Of a stretch of DNA of 64,000 bases, positions 30,708 through 39,469 are shown piece after piece. The translations under genes were made by a program, and so were the position numbers. Each line of letters begins with the position of its first letter. The first letter of the stretch is position 1. The DNA is taken from IMG/VR virus record IMGVR_UViG_3300030099_005838. One strand, 5' to 3'. Below the pieces are notes generated by a model, which did not search any database, was not told the origin of the DNA, and saw only the letters and a list, made by a program, of their open reading frames with translations. The DNA is from a virus.

Positions 30708-30774
30708 AAGTGGGTGTTGAAGCCAACACTAATAAAACCGAGTGTGTGATATAAAGCCGGACACACCCACTTTT
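30708..30774 (+). other. Structured intergenic RNA element between ssb and recA
   Basis: Perfect 10-bp inverted repeat AAGTGGGTGT/ACACCCACTT enclosing two alternative hairpins. Confidence 0.55.
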
Positions 30775-30788
30775 AATTGGAGAAAGAT

Positions 30789-31886
30789 ATGTCAGTAAAT
30801 GACGAATTAGCAGGAGTCTTAGCAGACTCTTTAAATAAAAAGTTCAAAGACTACAAAGTAGCATACTTTTTGGATGGTGTTCAAGAAACACCTACAGATA
30901 TCAAAGAGTTTATATCTACAGGTTCAACAATGTTAGATTTAGCAATTTCAAATCGCCCTAATGGTGGTATTGCAGTTGGTAGAATTACGGAGTTGAATGG
31001 TTTAGAGAGTAGTGGTAAATCTTTGGTTGGTGCTCATCTTCTAAAAGAAACTCAAAAGAAAGGTGGTGTTGCAGTCTACATAGATACTGAGACTGCGGTT
31101 AGTGAAGATTTCTTAGAGGTTATTGGAGTGGATATAAATAATATGTTGTATCTACATTTAGAAACAGTAGAAGATATATTCGAAGCCATTGAAGAGATTG
31201 TTACTAAAGTAAGAGAATCCGATAAAGATAGACTTGTAACCATTTTAGTAGATTCACTTGCGGCAGCAACTACTAAGGTAGAGTTAGAAGCTGACTTTGA
31301 CAAAGATGGTTGGGCTACATCAAAGGCTATTGTGATTTCTAAAGCTATGAGAAAGATTACTCAGATGATTGGTAGACAGAGAATAGCTTTAGTATTTACA
31401 AATCAGTTGAGAGTAAAGTTGGGTGCTATGTTTGGAGACCCATACACTACTTCAGGTGGTAAGGCTCTTCCATTTCACGCATCTACCAGAATCCGTTTGA
31501 AGAACAAAGGACAGATAAAGGATACCAAAAAGAATGTAATTGGTATGACTATTCTGGCACAGGTTATTAAAAACAGATTAGGTCCTCCACTTAGAAAGGC
31601 TGAGTTTCCACTCTACTTTGAAAGCGGTGTAGATGATGAGGGTAGTTGGTTGAAGGTTCTCAAAGACCACAAGCTTGTAAAGGTTGGTGGTTCGTGGTAT
31701 ACTATGGTAAACCATAATGGTGAGGAAATAAAATTCCAATCTAAGGATTGGGCAGAAAAGTTGGAAGATGAAGAGTTCAAAGAACATTGTTATAAACTTA
31801 TCTGCGATAAGGTTATACTGAAATACAGTAAAGCAGATTTAGGTATTGATGATGTAGTGGTTACAGACGAGGTATTAGGTGACTAA
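30789..31886 (+). CDS. recA: RecA/UvsX recombinase
   Basis: ISTGS..LD, Walker A GLESSGKS, YIDTE.A, VDS.AA, TSGGKAL.FHAS.R; ATG 30789 follows SD GGAG (track starts at TTG 30777). Confidence 0.93.
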   Translation: MSVNDELAGVLADSLNKKFKDYKVAYFLDGVQETPTDIKEFISTGSTMLDLAISNRPNGGIAVGRITELNGLESSGKSLVGAHLLKETQKKGGVAVYIDTETAVSEDFLEVIGVDINNMLYLHLETVEDIFEAIEEIVTKVRESDKDRLVTILVDSLAAATTKVELEADFDKDGWATSKAIVISKAMRKITQMIGRQRIALVFTNQLRVKLGAMFGDPYTTSGGKALPFHASTRIRLKNKGQIKDTKKNVIGMTILAQVIKNRLGPPLRKAEFPLYFESGVDDEGSWLKVLKDHKLVKVGGSWYTMVNHNGEEIKFQSKDWAEKLEDEEFKEHCYKLICDKVILKYSKADLGIDDVVVTDEVLGD

Positions 31887-32904
31887 TCCTCGATACTTAT
31901 CGATACTTAAAGAAATCAAAGATAAAGGTGGTGAACTTCAATCTACAGAGCCGAACGATAAGGTATTGATTATAGATGGCCTAAATACATTTATCAGATG
32001 TTTTAGTGCTATGCCAACTCTCAATGATGACGGAGCTCATGTTGGGGGAATAGTTGGCTTTCTTAGATCAATCGGTTATGCCATAAAGACAATTAGACCC
32101 ACTCGTTGTGTGATAGTATTTGACGGGAAGGGTGGGTCTAACCGTCGCAAAAAAGTTTTTAGTGGATATAAAGCAAATAGGAATATGTCTAAGAGATTAA
32201 ATAGGACATACGATTTCAATAGTAAAGAAGACGAACATCAATCTATGATGTTGCAGTTGACTAGAGTTATTGATTACTTAGAACAATTACCTATAACCAC
32301 TATAACTATTGAAAACATAGAGGCTGATGATGGTATGGCCTATATCACAAAACAGATTCTAAAGACTTCTAAGATTGTATTGATGTCTACTGATAAAGAT
32401 TTTTTACAATTAGTGAATCACAGAGTCTCAGTTTGGTCTCCAACCAAAAAGAAACTATACGACCCACCAAAGGTATTAGAGGACTATGGTATACCATCCC
32501 ATAATTTCACTATCTACAGAGCGATAGATGGTGATAAATCTGATAACATAGATGGAGTTCGTGGTTGGGGATTGAAAACTATTCAAAAAAAATTACCACT
32601 TTTACTCGAAGACAATATACTTAATATAGATGACATTATTAATGAAGACGAAAAGCTCAAAGAAGCAGAGGTTATATTAAAACGAAACTATGACTTAATG
32701 CAGTTAGACGAGGTTGTGATAAGTTCATCAGCAAAAATCAAAATATTGGATAAAGTAAACGAACCAATTAATAGATTAAATAAGATACAATTTCAGAAGA
32801 GATTCATAGAGGATAGACTATTTGCCACATTACCAAATATGGATAGTTGGTTAGTTCAATGCTTTGGTAAGTTAAATGAAATGGCTGGAAAAACAAATGG
32901 GTAG
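31879..32904 (+). CDS. 5'-3' exonuclease / T4 RNase H-like (FEN family)
   Basis: IIDGLN, VFDG.GG, Y.GYKANR, EADD, STDKDFLQL, GD.SDNI.GV.G.G.KT. Confidence 0.92.
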   Translation: MTNPRYLSILKEIKDKGGELQSTEPNDKVLIIDGLNTFIRCFSAMPTLNDDGAHVGGIVGFLRSIGYAIKTIRPTRCVIVFDGKGGSNRRKKVFSGYKANRNMSKRLNRTYDFNSKEDEHQSMMLQLTRVIDYLEQLPITTITIENIEADDGMAYITKQILKTSKIVLMSTDKDFLQLVNHRVSVWSPTKKKLYDPPKVLEDYGIPSHNFTIYRAIDGDKSDNIDGVRGWGLKTIQKKLPLLLEDNILNIDDIINEDEKLKEAEVILKRNYDLMQLDEVVISSSAKIKILDKVNEPINRLNKIQFQKRFIEDRLFATLPNMDSWLVQCFGKLNEMAGKTNG

Positions 32905-33076
32905 AAAAAGAAAATACAACTCAGAAGAGGAAAGAAAAGAAGCTCAAAGAAAATGGTCTATGGAATACTATTACAGAAATCAGGCTTTAGTTCAAGAGAA
33001 AGCAAGAGAAAGATATAGAAAGAAAAGAATAATGGAAATAAAAGAAAAACAAATTAAGGAATTATATGGTGAGTGA
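32897..33076 (+). CDS. Small basic hypothetical protein
   Basis: MGRKRKYNSEEERKEAQRKWSMEYYYRN..., coupled to both neighbours. Confidence 0.6.
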   Translation: MGRKRKYNSEEERKEAQRKWSMEYYYRNQALVQEKARERYRKKRIMEIKEKQIKELYGE

Positions 33077-34424
33077 AAATTTTACTCAGTATGGGCCTTC
33101 ATTTCAATCTAAGATAATATCATCATTATTATCAGACAACAAATTTATACAAACTATAAGTGATATATTAGAATCAAAATACTTCGATTCTGATGCTAAT
33201 AAATGGTTATCAAAAGAAATCAGTAAATACTTTATGGAGTTTAGAAAAGCTCCTACATTAGAAGTATTGAAAGTAAAAATCAATCAGATGGATGATGAGA
33301 TTCTGAAGGTATCAGTTGTGGAGAATTTGAAAGATTCTTGGAGAAATTTAGAAGCTACTGATTTGGATTTTGTAAAGCAAGAAACACTTTCGTTCTGTAA
33401 GAATCAGGTTTTGAAAGAAGCTATTACAGATGCTGTAGATTTGTTAGAACAGAAGAAGTATGATGATATAAAAGTTATTATAGATTCTGCTATGAAGGCT
33501 GGAAGTGAAAGAGATTTAGGACATGATTACATCATATCCTTAGAGGATAGACTTACAGAATCAGTTAGAGAAACCAAACCTACTCCGTGGGATGCTGTTA
33601 CAAACGTAATGGATGGTGGATTGGCTGGTGGTGAGTTAGGTGTATTAGTTGCACCTGCTGGTATTGGTAAGACTTGGTGTTTACAAGCTTTAGGTGCTCA
33701 CTTAGTCAGAGAAGGTAAAACAGTAGTTCATTACACTTTAGAGTTAAATGAGTCTTATGTTGGTTTAAGATATGATACTGTATTTAGTGGAACACCAACT
33801 GCTAACATAAAGTTCTATCAAGAAGATGTACAAAAAGTTATTGATGGTTTAAAGGGTAAATTAATAATCAAATACTATCCTACTCGTTCTGCGTCTGTTA
33901 ATACCCTATCTTCACATCTTAAACAAATGGAGATACAGGAAATAAAACCTGATGCTGTAATAGTTGATTATGCTGACATCCTGAAACCAACTACATTCTA
34001 TAAAGAGAAGAGACATGCAACTGGTGAGACTTATGAAAATCTAAGAGGACTTGCTGGTGAATTTGATATTCCAATATGGACTGCTTCACAGGCTAATCGT
34101 AGTTCGTTAGAAGAAGATGTAATCGATGCCACTAAAGTATCAGAGGATTATAGTAAGGTTATGACAGCGGATTTTGTTATGTCAGTTAGTCGTAAGGTTG
34201 AAGATAAAATTGCAAATACAGGTAGGTTTCATGTGATTAAAAATAGATTTGGTGTAGATGGTATTACCTTTCCAGCTAACATCAATACTAATACAGGTTT
34301 GATTGAAGTGCATGAGGCATCAACTGTTGGTGGAAAACAAGTACAAGGTAAAATGGATAATTCGGAAGAATACCTAAGAAAAACTTTATCACAAAAGTAT
34401 AAAGATTTGGCCGGATTCGAATAG
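33066..34424 (+). CDS. dnaB: Replicative DNA helicase (DnaB/gp41-like)
   Basis: Walker A APAGIGKT, YTLEL, VIVDYAD, WTASQANR, IKNRFG.DG. Confidence 0.92.
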   Translation: MVSENFTQYGPSFQSKIISSLLSDNKFIQTISDILESKYFDSDANKWLSKEISKYFMEFRKAPTLEVLKVKINQMDDEILKVSVVENLKDSWRNLEATDLDFVKQETLSFCKNQVLKEAITDAVDLLEQKKYDDIKVIIDSAMKAGSERDLGHDYIISLEDRLTESVRETKPTPWDAVTNVMDGGLAGGELGVLVAPAGIGKTWCLQALGAHLVREGKTVVHYTLELNESYVGLRYDTVFSGTPTANIKFYQEDVQKVIDGLKGKLIIKYYPTRSASVNTLSSHLKQMEIQEIKPDAVIVDYADILKPTTFYKEKRHATGETYENLRGLAGEFDIPIWTASQANRSSLEEDVIDATKVSEDYSKVMTADFVMSVSRKVEDKIANTGRFHVIKNRFGVDGITFPANINTNTGLIEVHEASTVGGKQVQGKMDNSEEYLRKTLSQKYKDLAGFE

Positions 34425-34481
34425 GAATAGATAGTATATATAATAATTATAAATAGTTAAATTTGTTACTGAGGAGTTACT

Positions 34482-36491
34482 ATGGAAAAATTTAAGTTGT
34501 CAGACAACTTTGTTGCAAAATATAAAAGAAAGAAAGCACCTTTTGGTTTTAATGGATTGGGTGAGTTGGTTTATATGAGAACCTACTCAAGAATCAAAGA
34601 GAACGGAAAGAATGAAAGATGGTGGGAAACGGTTCAAAGGGTTGTGGAAGGAACTTATAATATGCAAATGAATTGGATTGAATCACATCAATTAGGGTGG
34701 AATCCGTGGCAGGCACAGAGGTCAGCTCAAGATATGTATGAGCGTATTTTTAACATGAAATTCTTACCTCCTGGTCGTGGACTGTGGGCGATGGGAACGC
34801 CAATCACAGAAGAAAAAGGTTTATATGCCGCCCTAAACAATTGTGCTTTCGTATCTACGAAAACACTAAAGGAAGATTATGCTAAACCTTTCTGTTTCCT
34901 TATGGATGCTAGTATGTTAGGTGTCGGTGTTGGATTTGATACCAAAGGTGCTGGAGAAATAGTAATCAAAGGTATACAAAAAGACAGAGATGAGCAGATA
35001 TATGAAATACCAGATACACGTGAGGGGTGGGTTGAATCTCTTAAATTATTATTAGAGAGTTACTTTCATGGACAGGCTCCAATCAAATTTGACTATTCAA
35101 AGATAAGAGGTGCAGGTGAACCCATTAGCGGGTTTGGTGGTGTTGCAAGTGGGCATGAACCATTATTAGAGGTACATGAAAGTATCAGAAAAGTATTAGA
35201 GGATAATAGTGGAGAACCAATTTCAATTACCACAATTGTAGACATAATGAACCTAATTGGTAAATGTGTTGTTGCTGGTAATGTTAGAAGGACTGCGGAA
35301 ATTGTATTTGGTGAGCCGGACTCAGAAGAATATTTGGATTTAAAAAACTATAAAGTAAATAAACACAGAGAGACATATGGATGGACATCTAATAATAGTA
35401 TATTCGCTGAATTGGGTATGGATTATACAGAAGCTGCCAAACGAATTGTGGATAATGGTGAGCCTGGATTTGCGTGGTTAGACAATATGAGAAAGTATTC
35501 TCGTATGAAGAATGGTGGTGATAACAAAGACCATAGAGTCGCTGGTGGAAATCCTTGTTTAGAACAATCATTGGAGAGTTATGAATTATGTTGTTTGGTA
35601 GAAACATTTCCAAACAACCATGATAGTTTTGAGGATTATGCAAGAACATTAAAATATGCATATCTATATGCGAAAACAGTTACATTGGGAAGAACCCATT
35701 GGGCGGACACCAATAGAGTTATGTTAAGAAACAGAAGAATTGGTTGTTCAGTAAGTGGTGTTGCTCAGTTTATTACAAATAGAGGTTTAGGAGAATTAAA
35801 GAATTGGTTAAATGGTGGATATGATGTTATACAGGAATGGGATAAACAATATTCAGATTGGTTTGCCGTTCCTAAGTCAATTAAGACAACATCCGTCAAA
35901 CCATCAGGTACAGTATCACTACTTGCAGGAGCGACTCCAGGATTACATTACCCTGAGAGTCGTTTTTACATTAGGAGAATAAGGTTATCCAAACATTCAG
36001 AATTGATTGGACCGATGGAAAAATCAGGTTATAAAATAGAACCAGCTTTTGGTTCAGAGGATACAACAATGGTTGTTGAAGTGCCGGTTGATGTGGGCGA
36101 GGGTATAAGAACTGCGGCTGAACTATCCATTTGGGAACAATTCAGTTTAGCCGCATTCTTACAAAGACATTGGGCTGACAATCAGGTAAGTTGTACCGTG
36201 ACATTTGATCCTGAAACAGAAGCAAATCAAATCGCTCCTTGTCTGAATTACTATCAGTATCATTTGAAAGGTATTAGTTTGTTACCACGACATGACTATG
36301 GTGCTTATCAACAGATGCCTTATGAGGCAATAGATGAGGAGACTTACAAAAAAGAAGTGAGTAAGTTGAGTAAACTATCTTTTGGTGTAATAAAAAATGA
36401 AGAAGCAGAAATCGATAAATTTTGTAACAATGATTCATGTGAAGTTATCCCAATGACAGGTGATAATGATGACCAAGATTACGCAAACTAA
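34482..36491 (+). CDS. nrdJ: Class II (adenosylcobalamin-dependent) ribonucleotide reductase, monomeric RTPR type
   Basis: PPGRGLW, LNNC, GVGVGFD, VAGNVRR.AE, NPC.EQ.L, TSVKPSGT and a C-terminal Cys pair (FCNNDSC). Confidence 0.93.
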   Translation: MEKFKLSDNFVAKYKRKKAPFGFNGLGELVYMRTYSRIKENGKNERWWETVQRVVEGTYNMQMNWIESHQLGWNPWQAQRSAQDMYERIFNMKFLPPGRGLWAMGTPITEEKGLYAALNNCAFVSTKTLKEDYAKPFCFLMDASMLGVGVGFDTKGAGEIVIKGIQKDRDEQIYEIPDTREGWVESLKLLLESYFHGQAPIKFDYSKIRGAGEPISGFGGVASGHEPLLEVHESIRKVLEDNSGEPISITTIVDIMNLIGKCVVAGNVRRTAEIVFGEPDSEEYLDLKNYKVNKHRETYGWTSNNSIFAELGMDYTEAAKRIVDNGEPGFAWLDNMRKYSRMKNGGDNKDHRVAGGNPCLEQSLESYELCCLVETFPNNHDSFEDYARTLKYAYLYAKTVTLGRTHWADTNRVMLRNRRIGCSVSGVAQFITNRGLGELKNWLNGGYDVIQEWDKQYSDWFAVPKSIKTTSVKPSGTVSLLAGATPGLHYPESRFYIRRIRLSKHSELIGPMEKSGYKIEPAFGSEDTTMVVEVPVDVGEGIRTAAELSIWEQFSLAAFLQRHWADNQVSCTVTFDPETEANQIAPCLNYYQYHLKGISLLPRHDYGAYQQMPYEAIDEETYKKEVSKLSKLSFGVIKNEEAEIDKFCNNDSCEVIPMTGDNDDQDYAN

Positions 36492-36545
36492 ATAATGAAA
36501 AACGGTTATAACAATCAAAAATATTCATATACTTACAAAAAGCGG

Positions 36546-36579
36546 ACAGGCAGACGGCACACCTGTAGAAAAATGTGCC
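36546..36579 (+). promoter_or_regulatory. Candidate H-type pseudoknot in the 5' leader of the TonB-dependent receptor gene
   Basis: ACAGG(36546-50)/CCTGT(36562-66) and GGCACA(36556-61)/TGTGCC(36574-79); A-rich loop 3 AGAAAAA. Confidence 0.55.
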
Positions 36580-36609
36580 TTTTCATTAATGAACAACAAG
36601 GAGATTACT

Positions 36610-39357
36610 ATGAGATATCGTAATCTAATCCTTTCAACAATAATGATGGTTGGAGTTGTCTTTGGACAAGTCGTAACCGGATTTGTTGGTGAAGGTGATA
36701 AACCACTTGTAGGAGCAAATGTTGTAGTAGAAGGTACGACTAAAGGTGGAGTTACCGATAGTGAGGGTAAATTCACTATCGATACTGGTGCTGGTACTTT
36801 TGATATAACAGCATCCTACATTGGATACATAACCCAAACTAAATCTGTTAGTGTTGGGGATATAGTGTCCAGCGTCAGTTTCAACTTAGAAATTGATGTT
36901 GTTGCACTATCGGCTTTAGAGGTTTTGGCTTCTCGAGCTGATGAAAAAACACCTGTTGCTTACACTACGGTGACTAAGGAAGAGATGGAAATTCGTCTTG
37001 GTTCACAAGATATTCCAATGTCTCTGAATATGACACCATCAGTATATGCGACTGGTCAAGGTGGTGGTGCGGGTGATGCTCGTATCAATGTTCGTGGATT
37101 CAACCAAAGAAACGTAGCCGTCATGATAAATGGTGTTCCCCAAAATGATATGGAGAACGGATGGGTGTATTGGTCTAATTGGGATGGGGTAGGAGATGCT
37201 ACCTCTTCAATTCAGATGCAAAGAGGTCTATCAGCCGTTAATCTCGCTACACCATCAATTGGTGGAACGATGAACATAATAACGGATCCTGCCTCTCTTG
37301 AAAAGGGTGGTAAGTTCAAACAAGAAACTGGTAATAACGGTTTCTTAAAAACAACCTTAAATTACAATACAGGTTTGATTGGTGATAAACTAGCATTAAG
37401 TGGAACAATAGTTCGTAAAACTGGTGATGGTTTAATCGATGGAACTTGGACAGATGCATGGGCCTACTATGTTGGTGGTTCATACGCTGTCAGTAATGAC
37501 CAAAGGTTTGAGTTATATGCAATTGGTGCTCCACAGAGACATGGACAGAACCTATACAAACAAAACATAGCTACTTACTCTCAAGAGTTAGCTGGTGATA
37601 TTGATGAGTATGATGTTTCAGCATTTGCAGATAGTGCAAAATTCGAAACTGAAGCTGGTAGGTTCTTCAACCAAAATTGGAACACTATTGATGAATCGTA
37701 CAAAGGCCAACAGTATTGGTATATGTATGGAGAAGGTGGATTATTCGGTGGTGGACTACAAGATCGTAAGATTGGTGGTTTACTGAACGAAAGAGAAAAC
37801 TTCTTTCATAAACCATTAGTCAACCTTAACCATTTCTATGATGTAAATGACCAAGTTAGAATAAGTTCTATCTTGTATTGGTCAGGTGGTTCTGGTGGTG
37901 GTACTGGTACTTACGGAAGTGTATCAAGACAACCCGCAGTTGAGGGCTCACCTTGGTATGCAAGTTCACCTTGGACATGGGATTGGAATGCTGAGATTGC
38001 TCAGAACTCTGCTAATGTAGATTCAACATGGTCAGAAACCGAAAACCGTTCTACAGGTATACTTCGTAATTCAATCAATAGGCAAAATACCTATGGTTTA
38101 ATTTCCAAACTAAACTATGATGTCAACGATGACCTGGAAGTTCAAGTTGGTATTGATTGGAGAACGGCTGGTATTGAACATGCTAGAGAAGTTCGTGATT
38201 TACTCGGTGGAGACTACTATGTAGACTATGCCGATGACAATGCACCAGATGGAAAGAAAGTTGGTTTAGGTGATATCATTGCCTACCATAACAATACTAC
38301 AGTTGATTGGTTCGGTGCTTTCGTACAAGGTAAATACGACATTCAGAAGTTCAACCTTTATGGTATGGGTGGGGTATCCACAATTGGATATTCCTATCAA
38401 GACCATTTTTCTGTTGGGAAGGAACTTGTAGAAGCTCCATCCATTACGACCTTTCAAGTAAAGGGTGGTGGTGTATTTAATCTTGATGATAGATTATCAG
38501 CATTTGCTAATCTTGGGTATGTTCAAAAACCACCAATTTTGGATAACGTGATTGATTATGATGGTAATGTTGCTACCAATCCTGATAATGAGAAGTTCAC
38601 ATCAGCTGAGGTTGGTGGTTCATACAGAAGTGACAAAGTTGCCGTAAAAGGTAGTTACTACAATACACAATGGAAAGATAGAAACCTAACTCGTAATGTG
38701 GAGACAGGTGCTGGTGATTCAGGTGATACTGATATCATTTATCTTACTGGTGTAAACCAAAGTCATACTGGTGTTGAGGTAGAAGCTAAAGTTGCCCTAC
38801 ACGAGATGGTTGATGTAGACTTTGCTTTCAGTAAAGGTAATTGGTTCTTCGATGGAGATGCCAAAGGTGATTACTTAGAACAAGAGTATAATGAAGATGG
38901 TCAGATTATCGGACAGATGACAACCGAATATGTCTATGCTCTTAATAATCTAAAAGTTGGTGATATGCCACAAACTGCTTATGTCGGTGGTCTAACACTA
39001 AAACCAATCAAAGGAATGAACATTCAAGGATTGTTAAAAGTCTATGATGACAATTACGCTGATTGGTCACCAGAATCTCGTGAGGTGACAGGTGATGAGG
39101 ATAGAGCACAAGTTTGGAAAGCTCCTGGCTATTCTAAATTGGACCTACACTTATCATACAAACTTCCAGAGATTGCAGGTTATGATGTGACCTTACATGG
39201 TCATGTCTTTAATGCACTTGATAATATATACGTTCAAGATGCTACAGATAACAGTAAGTACAATGGGTACGGTGATAAACTTCACTTAGCTCATAATGCT
39301 GAAGTATTCTTGGGAACACCAAGATACTACAACATAGGACTTAGTGTTAATTTCTAA
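36610..39357 (+). CDS. TonB-dependent outer-membrane receptor with N-terminal carboxypeptidase-regulatory-like domain
   Basis: Signal peptide MRYRNLILSTIMMVGVVFG; PLVGANVVVEGT..G..TD..G.F.I; plug INVRGF.QRNVAVMINGVP; beta-barrel ending IGLSVNF. ATG 36610 follows SD AAGGAG (track starts at 36589). Confidence 0.93.
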   Translation: MRYRNLILSTIMMVGVVFGQVVTGFVGEGDKPLVGANVVVEGTTKGGVTDSEGKFTIDTGAGTFDITASYIGYITQTKSVSVGDIVSSVSFNLEIDVVALSALEVLASRADEKTPVAYTTVTKEEMEIRLGSQDIPMSLNMTPSVYATGQGGGAGDARINVRGFNQRNVAVMINGVPQNDMENGWVYWSNWDGVGDATSSIQMQRGLSAVNLATPSIGGTMNIITDPASLEKGGKFKQETGNNGFLKTTLNYNTGLIGDKLALSGTIVRKTGDGLIDGTWTDAWAYYVGGSYAVSNDQRFELYAIGAPQRHGQNLYKQNIATYSQELAGDIDEYDVSAFADSAKFETEAGRFFNQNWNTIDESYKGQQYWYMYGEGGLFGGGLQDRKIGGLLNERENFFHKPLVNLNHFYDVNDQVRISSILYWSGGSGGGTGTYGSVSRQPAVEGSPWYASSPWTWDWNAEIAQNSANVDSTWSETENRSTGILRNSINRQNTYGLISKLNYDVNDDLEVQVGIDWRTAGIEHAREVRDLLGGDYYVDYADDNAPDGKKVGLGDIIAYHNNTTVDWFGAFVQGKYDIQKFNLYGMGGVSTIGYSYQDHFSVGKELVEAPSITTFQVKGGGVFNLDDRLSAFANLGYVQKPPILDNVIDYDGNVATNPDNEKFTSAEVGGSYRSDKVAVKGSYYNTQWKDRNLTRNVETGAGDSGDTDIIYLTGVNQSHTGVEVEAKVALHEMVDVDFAFSKGNWFFDGDAKGDYLEQEYNEDGQIIGQMTTEYVYALNNLKVGDMPQTAYVGGLTLKPIKGMNIQGLLKVYDDNYADWSPESREVTGDEDRAQVWKAPGYSKLDLHLSYKLPEIAGYDVTLHGHVFNALDNIYVQDATDNSKYNGYGDKLHLAHNAEVFLGTPRYYNIGLSVNF

Positions 39358-39368
39358 AATGATGACTT

Positions 39369-39395
39369 GGGGGATTGAAATATATCCCCCTTTTT
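39369..39395 (+). terminator. Rho-independent terminator after the receptor gene
   Basis: GGGGGAT-N8-ATCCCCC followed by TTTTT. Confidence 0.85.
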
Positions 39396-39408
39396 ATCAA
39401 AAAAATAC

Positions 39409-39437
39409 TTGACTTATTCATATTTTATTCGTAGCTT
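39409..39437 (+). promoter_or_regulatory. Sigma70-type (early) promoter TTGACT-N17-TAGCTT
   Basis: Canonical spacing, A-rich upstream; identical hexamers at 45700. Confidence 0.75.
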
Positions 39438-39469
39438 TAAACATGGAAAATGGGGATTTTACAACCTAA

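Noticed and set aside
34448-34455. Exact T4 late promoter TATAAATA upstream of nrdJ
   Set aside because: Single occurrence noticed, in a very AT-rich spacer before a non-late gene; could be chance.
36492-36609. Canonical cobalamin riboswitch upstream of the receptor
   Set aside because: The leader is short and I could not find the conserved B12-box or GGGAA elements; only the pseudoknot is supported.
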